Shown here one piece after another: positions 20,517 through 29,938 of a stretch of 64,000 bases of DNA. The DNA is taken from positions 1,440,001 through 1,504,000 of the forward strand of contig NZ_JAQNDL010000003.1 in NCBI RefSeq assembly GCF_028368995.1. Reading direction: 5' to 3'. Every line of letters begins with the position of its first letter. The first letter of the stretch is position 1. This DNA comes from Nannocystis bainbridge (lineage in GTDB: Bacteria; Myxococcota_A; Polyangia; Nannocystales; Nannocystaceae). Below the pieces are notes generated by a model. That model was given only the letters and a program-made list of their open reading frames with translations. It was not told where the DNA came from and made no database searches. The position numbers and the translations under genes were made by a program.

Positions 20517-21218
20517 ATGCCCGCCTTCGTCGTCTCGCTGCGCGAGCCCAATTACGGCAGCCCCGTCGCCGCCGAAGTCGTCGGCGACGTCGCTGTGGTC
20601 GCCGTCGCCAGCGCATGGGGAGCGTGGACCGGACTCGAGGCCGAGCAGCCCGCCGTCCTCGGCGCCCAGACCTCGCTCGCCGCCGACGCGCGCGCCGGCG
20701 CGACCGACTGGCGAGCCGCGCTGGTGCGAGCATTCGCTGGCGCCTCCGCGCACATCAGCCGCCTGCCCCCGCCCGAAGACCCCGAGTGGGCCCCGCTCAC
20801 CTCGCTGACCTGCGCCGTCGTCACGCCCGCGCAGATCTTCGTCGGCTGGCTCGGCGGCGTCACGGCCTGCGTGCTCGACGATCGTCGCCTCGCCCGCGAG
20901 TCAGAGCCGCACACGCTCATCCGCCAGCTGCTCGCCGAGGGCCACAAGACCGCGGCGCTGGGCGGCATGGCCCTCAGCCTCGGCCACATCATCGTCCGCA
21001 GCGTCGGCCCCGCGGGCCACCCCGCCCCCGCGCCCGAGCTCGTCGAGTGGCCGCCGCTGCAGCCCGGTCAACGCCTGCTGTTGACCCCGCGGGCCACCGT
21101 CGCCGCGCTGCGCGGCAGCTTGCCGCTCGCGCAACTCGGCGGCGATCCATGGCTGCACGCCGCCGTCTCGACGTGCGACGAGATCGGCCACCGGATCGGC
21201 GCCCTCGTCGAACCATGA
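20517..21218 (+). CDS. PP2C-fold-like protein lacking catalytic Asp residues
   Basis: LTCAVVT..IFVGWLGG, EPHTL, HIIVRSVG, LQPGQRLLL parallel PP2C motifs without GD/DH/DG. Confidence 0.5.
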   Translation: MPAFVVSLREPNYGSPVAAEVVGDVAVVAVASAWGAWTGLEAEQPAVLGAQTSLAADARAGATDWRAALVRAFAGASAHISRLPPPEDPEWAPLTSLTCAVVTPAQIFVGWLGGVTACVLDDRRLARESEPHTLIRQLLAEGHKTAALGGMALSLGHIIVRSVGPAGHPAPAPELVEWPPLQPGQRLLLTPRATVAALRGSLPLAQLGGDPWLHAAVSTCDEIGHRIGALVEP

Positions 21219-21234
21219 ATCCATGCGTCCCATC

Positions 21235-21326
21235 GGTCTCCAAGGACATGTCTCGAGAGACACATCAATCGCTCACGCGTGAGCCCGACCGTAAACTCTG
21301 TCTCCAAGGACATGTCCCGAGAGACA
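21235..21326. repeat. Two doublets of the 14-bp palindrome (direct repeat, period 64)
   Basis: gtctccaaggacatgtcYcgagagaca at 21236 and 21300. Confidence 0.85.
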
Positions 21327-21342
21327 ATCTTAAAAAAAGGAC

Positions 21343-21756
21343 TCATTCACCGGTCGCTTCGAGCAGCAGCTCGCGCAGCATCGTCCGGTGGCAGCGATCC
21401 GCGTCGAAGCACGCGCTCGAGCACAGCAGCGTGATCGTCTCGCCCGCGGCCACCCGCTCCGCCAGCGCCAGCACCTGCGCGTGCGCCGGCTCGTGCCGCA
21501 TCTCGCTGCGGTAGCGCCGGCGGAACATGCGATCGCTGATGGGAGCCTGCTGCTTGCCATGGAACGCCGCCAGCAGCTCCGGGCTCGGGCTCACCTCCTT
21601 GATCCACTCGTCCCACGTCTCGTCCTCGTGCCGGACCCCGCGCGGTCGGTAGCGGCACACCAGGATCCGCGTGCCCTCGCCCCGGTGCGCGCGATCGTTC
21701 CACCGCCGTGTGTGGATCTCCCCGGCCCTGCCCCGCATGTCGAGCGCCGCCGTCAT
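21343..21756 (-). CDS. DUF488 family protein
   Basis: GTRILVCRYRPRGV; WIKEVSPSPELL; ITLLC...CHR. Confidence 0.8.
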   Translation of the reverse strand: MTAALDMRGRAGEIHTRRWNDRAHRGEGTRILVCRYRPRGVRHEDETWDEWIKEVSPSPELLAAFHGKQQAPISDRMFRRRYRSEMRHEPAHAQVLALAERVAAGETITLLCSSACFDADRCHRTMLRELLLEATGE

Positions 21757-21845
21757 CGCTTCACCATGGCACGCCGGCGCTCAGGCGCCGATCAAAACCA
21801 CCTCGCTTGCGGCTCGCCCCTCCGCTTGTCACCCTCTCCTGGCTC

Positions 21846-22997
21846 ATGCGGTCGACCTCGCTCGCGCTGCTCGCCCTCGTCCTCGCCGCCCCCCGGCTCG
21901 CCCACGCGGCAGCGCGCTGCGAGCTGACGGGCTCGCCCGCGCTCCTCGGACGGATCGTCGGCGACGATCGCCTCGCCGGCGCGCTCGACGTCCGCCGCGG
22001 CGCCGCGATCGAGGTCCACCTGGTCGCGCCCGGCCGCCTCGACGGCAAGCCCGTCCTGTTCGCCGACACCGGCGCCGCCCGTCACGTCTCGTGGTCCGGG
22101 TCCGGCTGTCCCAAAGCGCAGGTCCGATGGCGCCGCGTCGAGCCGCGCATGCAGCACATCACCACCCCCGCGCCCAACGCCGCGATCGCCATCTACGCCA
22201 ACGCCGTGGTGTTCGGGCCCACCCACGGCACCTGGCTCGGCCACGACCACCTCGAGTACTTCGAGACCGCGCAGCCGGCCGGCGACGACCTGTGGACCTT
22301 CACCGTCCGCGACGCCCGGCCCAGCGAGCCCGCCCTCGCCGACGCCCGCCTGCCCGAGTACCGCGACCTCGGCACCATGCGCCTCGCCGCCACGATCACC
22401 GGCCCCGACGCTCGCGCCCGCGCCACCCCTGACGCCGATGATGCTCCGCGCGGGCAGATCGGCGACGACGTGTTCCGCTACAGCGTGCGCAGCGGCGACG
22501 GCCTGTTCGGCTGGCTCACCTCCTACTTCAACGTCCCCTACGTGTTCGGCAGCGCCGGCGTCGGCGCGCGCAGCCAGGCCGAGCGCCGCGTCGGCGTCGA
22601 CTGTGCCGATCTCATCGTCGCCGGCCTGCGCCGCGCCGGCCGCCCCGACCTCGCCTACTCGAGCGTCGGCGGCCTCGTCCGTTCGCTCGAGCGCGTCACC
22701 GAACCACTCGAGGTCCACGCCCGCGGCGACGCCCTCGACCCCGCCATCTACGCCCCGCGCCCCGGCGACATCCTCGCCCTCGACTATGTGAACAGCGCCG
22801 CGCTCCCGCGCCCGTGGGACCACATCGTCGTGCTCGCCGTCGACCGGGGCCCCGGCGGCGGTCCGGCTGACGGCCGCCTCGGCCCCGACGACCTCGTCGC
22901 CGACATCGGCGACGCCCAGGGCCTCAAGTTCGCCCCGCTCGGCGACCAGGGCGACGTCCGCGTCCTCGTCCTGCGCGCCCGCGGCGTCGAAGGCTGA
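21846..22997 (+). CDS. Secreted protein with C-terminal NlpC/P60-like (papain-fold) domain
   Basis: Signal peptide; VPYVFG...GVDCADL; PGDIL; DHIVV. Confidence 0.6.
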   Translation: MRSTSLALLALVLAAPRLAHAAARCELTGSPALLGRIVGDDRLAGALDVRRGAAIEVHLVAPGRLDGKPVLFADTGAARHVSWSGSGCPKAQVRWRRVEPRMQHITTPAPNAAIAIYANAVVFGPTHGTWLGHDHLEYFETAQPAGDDLWTFTVRDARPSEPALADARLPEYRDLGTMRLAATITGPDARARATPDADDAPRGQIGDDVFRYSVRSGDGLFGWLTSYFNVPYVFGSAGVGARSQAERRVGVDCADLIVAGLRRAGRPDLAYSSVGGLVRSLERVTEPLEVHARGDALDPAIYAPRPGDILALDYVNSAALPRPWDHIVVLAVDRGPGGGPADGRLGPDDLVADIGDAQGLKFAPLGDQGDVRVLVLRARGVEG

Positions 22998-23029
22998 CGC
23001 CACGACCGAGTCGAGGCTCTCTTCACCCA

Positions 23030-23099
23030 TGTCCCAAAGAACATGTCCTCCGGAAAATGCCCTTCAAGACATGTCTTGAAGAACATTCCCCGAAGGACA
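23030..23099. repeat. 14-bp-phased array (5 units)
   Basis: tgtcccaaagaaca|tgtcctccggaaaa|tgcccttcaagaca|tgtcttgaagaaca|ttccccgaaggaca. Confidence 0.88.
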
Positions 23100-23110
23100 T
23101 CCCGAGATCC

Positions 23111-24124
23111 TCACACAGGGTCGCTCGCCAGCGTCACCCCGAGCGCCGAGCCCAGCGCCAGCAGTTGCCGCGGCGACGCGCAGCCCAGGTGCTCCGGCGA
23201 CAGCTTCCCTGCTCGCCGGCGCAGCAGCCACGACCCGGCCGGGTGGGCGGCAGCCGCCCTTCCGAACTCCTCCCCGGCCGTCTCGGCGATCCGTGCCACC
23301 TCCGCGTCGAGCCGCTCGCGCAATTGCGGCAGCGCCCCGCGCAGCGTCGTCAGCCAATGCTGCACCTGGTCGAGCACCGCCCCGTCGAGCTCCGGATCGC
23401 GGAGCGAGCGGACCTTCTTCTCGATCTGCTCGAACGTCATCGTCTGCCACGGCAGCGTGCGCAGCACCGGCGCTTGCCACTCGCCGCGCACCCGCGCCCA
23501 GTGATCGGCGCGCGCCGGCACCGACACTAGTTTAAACTGCGGCAGCAAGAGCCCCGTCAGCCGCATCCCGTGGCACACCCCGGTGTCGATGCCGAAGATC
23601 CGGTCGCGCAGCACCAGCGGCTCCGGTCCGACCACCGCGTGCCCGAACACCACCGGCTTGTCGTCGTCATAAAACTCGTACCAGGGCCGCTCGCCGAAGC
23701 GCTCACGCAGCCGCGCCTCGCCCGACGTCGTGCCCGCGCGCACGTCCTCCGGCACCTCGTCGAGCGGCACCCCGGGGAACAGCCCCCAGTGGACCACCCG
23801 CACGTCGTCGCGCTCCCAGTGGTACGGCAGCGTCGCCATCCAGCCGACGTGGTCCGCGTAATCGGCCCCGAGCTGCAGCTTCGCCACCTGCTGCGAATAC
23901 GAAAGCACCCCGCGGATGTGCTTGCGCTCGTGGTTGCCGCACAGCGCCAGCGAGTGCGGCCGGCTGCGAAACAGCTCGACCACCGAGCTCGGGTCGGGCC
24001 CGCGGTCGACCAGGTCGCCGACGCTGACCACCAGGTCGTCGTCGCCGATCGCCGCCACGTCGAGGAGGTCGAGCAATTCGGCGTAACAGCCGTGAATGTC
24101 GCCGATGATGAGCGTGGACTGCAT
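23111..24124 (-). CDS. Calcineurin-like metallophosphoesterase (ApaH/PPP type) with helical C-terminal extension
   Basis: GDIHG; GDLVDRGP; GNHE; FGH; IDTG. Confidence 0.9.
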   Translation of the reverse strand: MQSTLIIGDIHGCYAELLDLLDVAAIGDDDLVVSVGDLVDRGPDPSSVVELFRSRPHSLALCGNHERKHIRGVLSYSQQVAKLQLGADYADHVGWMATLPYHWERDDVRVVHWGLFPGVPLDEVPEDVRAGTTSGEARLRERFGERPWYEFYDDDKPVVFGHAVVGPEPLVLRDRIFGIDTGVCHGMRLTGLLLPQFKLVSVPARADHWARVRGEWQAPVLRTLPWQTMTFEQIEKKVRSLRDPELDGAVLDQVQHWLTTLRGALPQLRERLDAEVARIAETAGEEFGRAAAAHPAGSWLLRRRAGKLSPEHLGCASPRQLLALGSALGVTLASDPV

Positions 24125-24257
24125 GACACCTTCTCCTTCGGCGCGCGCCGATGCGCTCGACGCCGCCCGCGCGCCGCGGATCTCCGCGCGCGCCAGATCG
24201 CACCAACTGCGCGGCGAACCCCGTCGCCGCGTCGCGTCCGGGTATAAAGGGCACCCC

Positions 24258-25241
24258 GTGGCCGCGCGAGGACAAAATTCCGGACAACCCACGTGGGCCG
24301 TCTATCTCGACGGTCTGGTCGAGGAGCACGGCTCGCTCGCCGCCGTCGCCGAGCGCATGGCCGCGCTCCACGGCTGGCGCGAGGACGTCGAGAGCATCAC
24401 CCGCGCCCTCCGTCGCCTGCGCCTGCGCGGCAGCCTGCCCGGCGGCAAGTGGGGCGACCGGCTGCTGCGCACCTTCGGTCTGCCGGCCAGCGTCGACGCC
24501 CGCCTGCGCTTCATGGGCAGCTATCACTCGCGCTTCGTCGACCTGCCCGTGTCGCTGTGCACCGACCTCGTGCAGCTGTGGGACCGCCCGCCCACCAGCG
24601 AGAGCCGCGGCGGACGCCTGTGGCTCTCGCTCGCGCGCGCCACTCTGGCCCTGCGCGCCCGCCATCCCGACGAGGCCGCCACCCACCTCGCCACCGCCAA
24701 ACCTCTCGCCACCGACGACCCCGCGGCGCAGATCGAGCTGGCCCTCTCCGAATCACTGCTCGACAGCCGCGCGCGCCCGACCTCCGCCTCGGCCGCGCTG
24801 GCCCACGTACCCGAGCTCTTGCGATCGCTGACCGGGCCTGACGCCGACTGCCTGCGCGCCCGCTACGTCGGTCAGGTCAGCCACGCGCTCAATCACGCTG
24901 GCGACATCGACGGCGCCGAGGCCCTGCATTTCGCCCTGCCCGACGCCGCCACCACCCACCCCTTCGCCCGCAGCCGCCGCGCCAACGGCCTCGCCTACGC
25001 CCGCTTTCGCCACGGCGACCTCGCGGCCGCCCGCGAGCACGCCCGCCTCGCCGCCCGTCACGCCGGCGACGCCGGCCACGTCCGCCTGCGCGCCATGGCC
25101 CTCCTCATGGTCGTGCGCGTCACCCACGGCACCCCCGAGGCCGCCGAGTCCCTCGCCCGCGCCCGCGCGATCGCCCACGCCCTCGAGGACGCGACCTTGC
25201 TGTCCCGCTGCGACGCCGCCGAGCGCGGCCGCCTGCCCTGA
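24258..25241 (+). CDS. Hypothetical helical protein (possible N-terminal DNA-binding region + TPR-like)
   Basis: Long ORF with host-like codons, divergent from phosphoesterase; start inferred. Confidence 0.55.
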   Translation: MAARGQNSGQPTWAVYLDGLVEEHGSLAAVAERMAALHGWREDVESITRALRRLRLRGSLPGGKWGDRLLRTFGLPASVDARLRFMGSYHSRFVDLPVSLCTDLVQLWDRPPTSESRGGRLWLSLARATLALRARHPDEAATHLATAKPLATDDPAAQIELALSESLLDSRARPTSASAALAHVPELLRSLTGPDADCLRARYVGQVSHALNHAGDIDGAEALHFALPDAATTHPFARSRRANGLAYARFRHGDLAAAREHARLAARHAGDAGHVRLRAMALLMVVRVTHGTPEAAESLARARAIAHALEDATLLSRCDAAERGRLP

Positions 25242-25331
25242 TCGCCGCATTCCCTGCGACTGCCACCATTCCACCGACCTCTTGCTTATTTTCTCCCCAA
25301 GCTCGCCTGCAAACGCGGCATCCTCCCGATC

Positions 25332-25589
25332 ATGACCACCCCGCGAACGCTCCTCCTCGCCCTCGCCGGCCTCCTCGGCGCCTGCGCCGGCAAGTCGAAC
25401 CCTCCGCCCGCCGACAACCCCGGCGGGGTGGCCTGCACCATGGAAGCCAAGGTCTGCCCGGACGGCAGCGCCGTCGGCCGCACCGGCCCGAACTGCGAGT
25501 TCGCCCCCTGCCCCGGCCCCGCCGGCGAATCGCCCGAGAGCGAGACCCCGCCGCCCGCCGAGCCGCCGAACCCGCCGCCGTCGCCCTGA
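25332..25589 (+). CDS. Small lipoprotein with CTxEAKxCPDGSxVGRTGPxCEFAxCP module
   Basis: Lipobox LLGAC; 4-Cys module; paralog downstream. Confidence 0.8.
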   Translation: MTTPRTLLLALAGLLGACAGKSNPPPADNPGGVACTMEAKVCPDGSAVGRTGPNCEFAPCPGPAGESPESETPPPAEPPNPPPSP

Positions 25590-25615
25590 CCGGGTAGCGC
25601 CCGAACGCATGGACA

Positions 25616-25705
25616 TGTCCCAAAGAACATGCTCCATGCGACATGAGACACAACTGTAGCGATGGCTCGCCAGGACATGTCCAACAGGACATGTCCAACA
25701 GGACA
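25616..25705. repeat. Two short 14-bp-phased arrays
   Basis: tgtcccaaagaaca|tgctccatgcgaca and tgtccaacaggaca|tgtccaacaggaca. Confidence 0.85.
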
Positions 25706-25872
25706 CGGGTCGAGCAAGCAATCCCGCTCACCTGTCCCTCCGAGCAGGTCCTCGAGGCCATGCAAACGAACTCGCGCGCCAACACCCTCGTCGCCCACCG
25801 GCCTCGACCGTGCCGCGCTCCGCTGAAAATGCCTACCCAACGGCCGGCGGACGGGGCATCGTCACCGCGGTC

Positions 25873-26100
25873 ATGAACACCACGCGCACGCTCCTCTTCA
25901 TCGTCGCCGGCCTCGTCGGCGCCTGCAAGTCGGACAAGCCCCCCGCCGAAGATCCCGGCGCCCCCAAGGCCTGCACCAAGGAGGCCAAGGTCTGCCCCGA
26001 CGGCAGCACCGTCGGCCGCACCGGCCCCGATTGTGAATTCGCCGCGTGCCCCGAGGGCAGCGAGACCCCCGAGACGCCCGAAGAGCCGCCCACGCCCTGA
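25873..26100 (+). CDS. Paralogous small 4-Cys lipoprotein
   Basis: Lipobox LVGAC; CTKEAKVCPDGSTVGRTGPDCEFAACP. Confidence 0.8.
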   Translation: MNTTRTLLFIVAGLVGACKSDKPPAEDPGAPKACTKEAKVCPDGSTVGRTGPDCEFAACPEGSETPETPEEPPTP

Positions 26101-26329
26101 GCCCCTCTAATCCGGTGCGCGCGGGCGGGCGACCCAACTGCTCGCGTCCTCGGTGCACACGCGACGAGCCCGCAGCGCCCGCCGCCCGCTTCACGCATAG
26201 TGGCGGCCCCCGCGGCCGGCTGCGCGCTCGCAGCCGCCGCCGCTCGCCGGCCCACCGCTCCCCGCTCTCACGCCACCGCGGCCCGCCCGGCCCCCGATCG
26301 GCCCACACCGTGCCGACCGAGGTTGTCCC

Positions 26330-26659
26330 GTGAAGCCGACCCTGCCTCTCTCCTGCGCCCTCACGGCGCTCCTGGCCGCCGCGCCCGCCCTCGCCTATTT
26401 CGTCTGCCCGGACGAGCGCGCCTCCCCGCCCGAGACCGAGCCCGCCTCGTTCGGCGTCACCAATCACAGCCCCGCCGACGTCTACCTCTTCTGGCTCGAC
26501 GCTGACGGCCAGCGCCAGTTCCAGGCCACCATCTACGCGGGCGGCTATCACCTGCAGCAGACCTGGTTCGGCCACGTGTGGGTCGCCACCACCGTCTACG
26601 AGGATTGCCTCGCCACCTTCGTCGGCGAGCTCGACCACGTCGACTACGACGTCTGGTGA
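26330..26659 (+). CDS. Secreted VHL beta-domain-like protein
   Basis: Signal peptide; TNHSPADVYLFWLDADGQRQ...QQTWFGHVWV. Confidence 0.65.
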   Translation: MKPTLPLSCALTALLAAAPALAYFVCPDERASPPETEPASFGVTNHSPADVYLFWLDADGQRQFQATIYAGGYHLQQTWFGHVWVATTVYEDCLATFVGELDHVDYDVW

Positions 26660-26827
26660 TTCCGCCGCCGAGTCATCACCTGTCTCTCCGGACATGGGAT
26701 CAACGCCGAGCCCGCCACGCATTCTCCGCCGTCGCGCCCCTGCTCCGTCGCTCGCGCGAAATCAAGCCCGCCCCGGCGCCCCCCGCGAGCGGGCCCGCCC
26801 CCGCGCGCTACGCTGCCACGCACCGCC

Positions 26828-27943
26828 ATGCGCGACCCACTCGTCGAGCTCACCGAGCGCGGCCTCTACTGCCGCGCGGGCGACTTCTACATCGACCCCT
26901 GGCAGCCGGTCGACCGCGCCGTCGTCACCCACGCCCACAGCGACCACGCCATCGGCGAATGTGCGCACTACCTCACCGCGGCGCCCGGCCGTGACCTCCT
27001 TGCCATGCGCGTCGGCGACGGCGCCGCCATCCAGCCGCTCGCTTACGGCGAAGCGATCGTCCACCACGGCGTCGGCGTCTCGCTGCACCCGGCCGGTCAC
27101 ATCCTCGGCTCGGCCCAGGTCCGGCTCGAGCACCACGGCGAGGTGTGGGTCGTGTCCGGCGATTACAAGCTGAGCCCCGACCCCACCTGCGCCGCCTTCG
27201 AGGCGGTGCGCTGCCACTGCTTCATCAGCGAATCGACCTTCGGCCTGCCGATCTTCCGCTGGGCCCCGCCGGCCGCCACCATGCACGACGTCGCCGCCTG
27301 GTGGCGCGCCAATCAACAGAGCGGCCGCACCTCGCTGCTGCTGTGTTACGCGCTCGGCAAGGCCCAGCGCCTGCTCGCCGGCCTCGACCCCGAGATCGGC
27401 CCGATCTACGTGCACGGCGCCGTCGAGCGCTGCAACGCCGTCTATCGGGCCGGCGGCGTGCGCCTGCCCGCGGCCCCGCCGGTGCTCGAGGCGGCCCGCA
27501 GCGCCGAGTTCGAGCGCGCCCTGATCCTCGCCCCACCTTCCGCCCAGGGCACCCCGTGGACCCGCCGGTTCAAGCGTCCGGTCCGCGGTTTCGCCTCCGG
27601 CTGGATGCAGATCCGTGGCACCCGTCGGCGCAAGGTGGTCGACCGCGGCTTCGTCCTGTCCGACCACGCCGACTGGCCCGAGCTGCTGGCCGCGATCGCC
27701 GGCACCGGGGCCGAGCGCGTGCTGGTCACCCACGGCTACGCCCAGGCGCTGGCCCGCCACCTTTGCGAGCGCGGCCTCGACGCCCAGCCGCTCGCCACCC
27801 GCTTCGTCGGCGAAGCCGGCGGCGAGGAGGTTTTGCCCGCACCCGAGCCCACGGACGCGAGCGACCCCCCGGAGGATGAGCCCGCGGAGGATGAACTTTC
27901 GGACATGTCCGAACCACCAGCCTCCGAGGAGACCGCACCATGA
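26828..27943 (+). CDS. Ligase-associated DNA damage response exonuclease (MBL/beta-CASP)
   Basis: THAHSDH; AGHILGSAQ; ESTFGLP; YALGKAQR; LSDHADW; VTHG. Confidence 0.92.
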   Translation: MRDPLVELTERGLYCRAGDFYIDPWQPVDRAVVTHAHSDHAIGECAHYLTAAPGRDLLAMRVGDGAAIQPLAYGEAIVHHGVGVSLHPAGHILGSAQVRLEHHGEVWVVSGDYKLSPDPTCAAFEAVRCHCFISESTFGLPIFRWAPPAATMHDVAAWWRANQQSGRTSLLLCYALGKAQRLLAGLDPEIGPIYVHGAVERCNAVYRAGGVRLPAAPPVLEAARSAEFERALILAPPSAQGTPWTRRFKRPVRGFASGWMQIRGTRRRKVVDRGFVLSDHADWPELLAAIAGTGAERVLVTHGYAQALARHLCERGLDAQPLATRFVGEAGGEEVLPAPEPTDASDPPEDEPAEDELSDMSEPPASEETAP

Positions 27944-28046
27944 CCTCCGCGCCTCATCATCCTGTCCTCGGAGACATGCTCGAAGCGACATATCATCATT
28001 GTCCCGAGCGCCATTTTAATAATGACCCTCTCCGGGGCTCCGCGTC

Positions 28047-29633
28047 ATGAGATCGTTCGCCGCGCTCTACGCCGCCCTCGACGAGACCACCCGCACCAGC
28101 GAGAAGGTCGCGGCGATGCGCGCCTACCTGGCCGCCGCGCCGCCCGAGGACGCCGCCTGGGCCGTCTATTTCCTGATCGGTCGCAAGCCGCGGCAGGCCG
28201 TCGGCGCCCGCAAGCTGCGGACGTGGGTCAGCGAGGCCGCCGGCGTGTCCGAGTGGCTGTTCGAGGAGTGTCACGAGGCCGTCGGTGACATCGCCGAGAC
28301 CGCCGCCCTGCTGCTCCCTCCGCCCTCGCGCACCACCGAGCAGCCGCTGCACCGGTGGGTCCACGATCGCCTGCTCCCGCTCGCCGGCAAGGACGAGGCC
28401 GCCCAGCGGGCCGACCTGCGGGCCGCCTGGGACGAGCTCGACCGCAACGAGCGGCTCGTCTTCCACAAGCTGATCACCGGGGCCTTCCGCGTCGGCGTGT
28501 CGCAGCGGCTCGTCATCGCCGCCCTCGCCGAGCTCGGCGAGCTCGCCCCGGCCACCGTCGCCCACCGGCTCATGGGCGACTGGCAGCCCTCCGCCGCCCA
28601 GTTCCGCGGCCTCGTCGCCGCCGAGTCCGACCAGCCGAGCGCCTCGCGGCCCTACCCGTTCCTGCTCGCGCACGCGCTCGAGGGCGAGCCCGCCGAGCTC
28701 GGCCCGCGCGACGCCTGGCAGGCCGAGTGGAAATACGACGGCATCCGGGCCCAGGTCGTCCGCCGCGGCGGCCAGCTGTTCGTGTGGTCGCGCGGCGAGG
28801 AGCTGATCGGCGAGCGCTTCCCCGAGCTCGCCGCCGCCGCCGGTCGCCTGGCCGAAGGGACAGTTTTGGACGGCGAGCTCTTGCCGTGGAAGGACGGCGA
28901 GCTCCTGCCGTTCGCCGAGCTGCAGCGGCGGATCGGCCGCAAGAACCTGTCGCGCACGATCCTCGCCGAGGTCCCCGTCACCTTCCTCGCCTTTGACGCG
29001 CTCGAGGCCGGCGGTCGCGACCTGCGCGAGCGCCCGCTCGCCGAGCGCCGCCCGATCCTCGAGCAATTGCTGGCCCCGCTCGCCGGCGAGGTCCTGCGCG
29101 TGTCGCCGGTCGTCACCGCCGCCACCTGGCAGGAGCTCGCCGCCCTGCGCCAGGACAGCCGCGCCCGCGGCGTCGAGGGCCTGATGCTCAAGCGCCGGGC
29201 CGCGCCCTACGGCGTCGGCCGCGTGCGCGGCGACTGGTGGAAATGGAAGCTCGACCCGCTCGTCGTCGACGCCGTGCTGGTCTACGCCCAGTCGGGCTCC
29301 GGCCGCCGCGCCAGCCTGTTCACCGACTACACCTTCGCCGTGTGGCAGGACGGCGCCCTGGTCCCGTTCTGCAAGGCCTACTCCGGCCTCACCGACGCCG
29401 AGCTGACCGAAGTCGACCGCTTCGTCCGCGCCCACACGCTCGAGCGCTTCGGCCCGGTCCGCAGCGTCACCCCCGAGCTGGTGTTCGAGATCGGCTTCGA
29501 GGGCATCGCCCGCTCGCGCCGCCACAAGTCCGGCGTCGCCGTCCGCTTCCCGCGGATCCTCCGCTGGCGCCGCGACAAGCAGCCCGTCGACGCCGACCAC
29601 ATCGACGCCCTCGAGGCCCTGCTCGGCGCCTGA
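28047..29633 (+). CDS. ATP-dependent DNA ligase
   Basis: EWKYDGIR; LDGEL; EGLMLK; WWKWK; AVRFPRI. Confidence 0.95.
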   Translation: MRSFAALYAALDETTRTSEKVAAMRAYLAAAPPEDAAWAVYFLIGRKPRQAVGARKLRTWVSEAAGVSEWLFEECHEAVGDIAETAALLLPPPSRTTEQPLHRWVHDRLLPLAGKDEAAQRADLRAAWDELDRNERLVFHKLITGAFRVGVSQRLVIAALAELGELAPATVAHRLMGDWQPSAAQFRGLVAAESDQPSASRPYPFLLAHALEGEPAELGPRDAWQAEWKYDGIRAQVVRRGGQLFVWSRGEELIGERFPELAAAAGRLAEGTVLDGELLPWKDGELLPFAELQRRIGRKNLSRTILAEVPVTFLAFDALEAGGRDLRERPLAERRPILEQLLAPLAGEVLRVSPVVTAATWQELAALRQDSRARGVEGLMLKRRAAPYGVGRVRGDWWKWKLDPLVVDAVLVYAQSGSGRRASLFTDYTFAVWQDGALVPFCKAYSGLTDAELTEVDRFVRAHTLERFGPVRSVTPELVFEIGFEGIARSRRHKSGVAVRFPRILRWRRDKQPVDADHIDALEALLGA

Positions 29634-29938
29634 TCCGCCGGTCTCGAATCACAAGAGTGCGTCCAATTGACGCATCCATATGTCGCCGCGGATAGGGTCG
29701 TGAAGATCCGGAATGATCTATCCGCTGCGGAAACCGGATTCCGTCACCGGCATTCTGTCATGATGGACAGAAGGCCGCCCAAACCCGCGCCTTCGCCCGA
29801 TTCACCGCGATCTGGCGCCCCACCGTGCGGCGCTCTGCACATTCCCTGATTGCGGTCCGCGCGGACCCATGCGACGAAGCCCCCCCGCGCTCCGTCGAAT
29901 GGCGTGAGCCGGACTTTTCCGTCAGGAGACATACGAAC

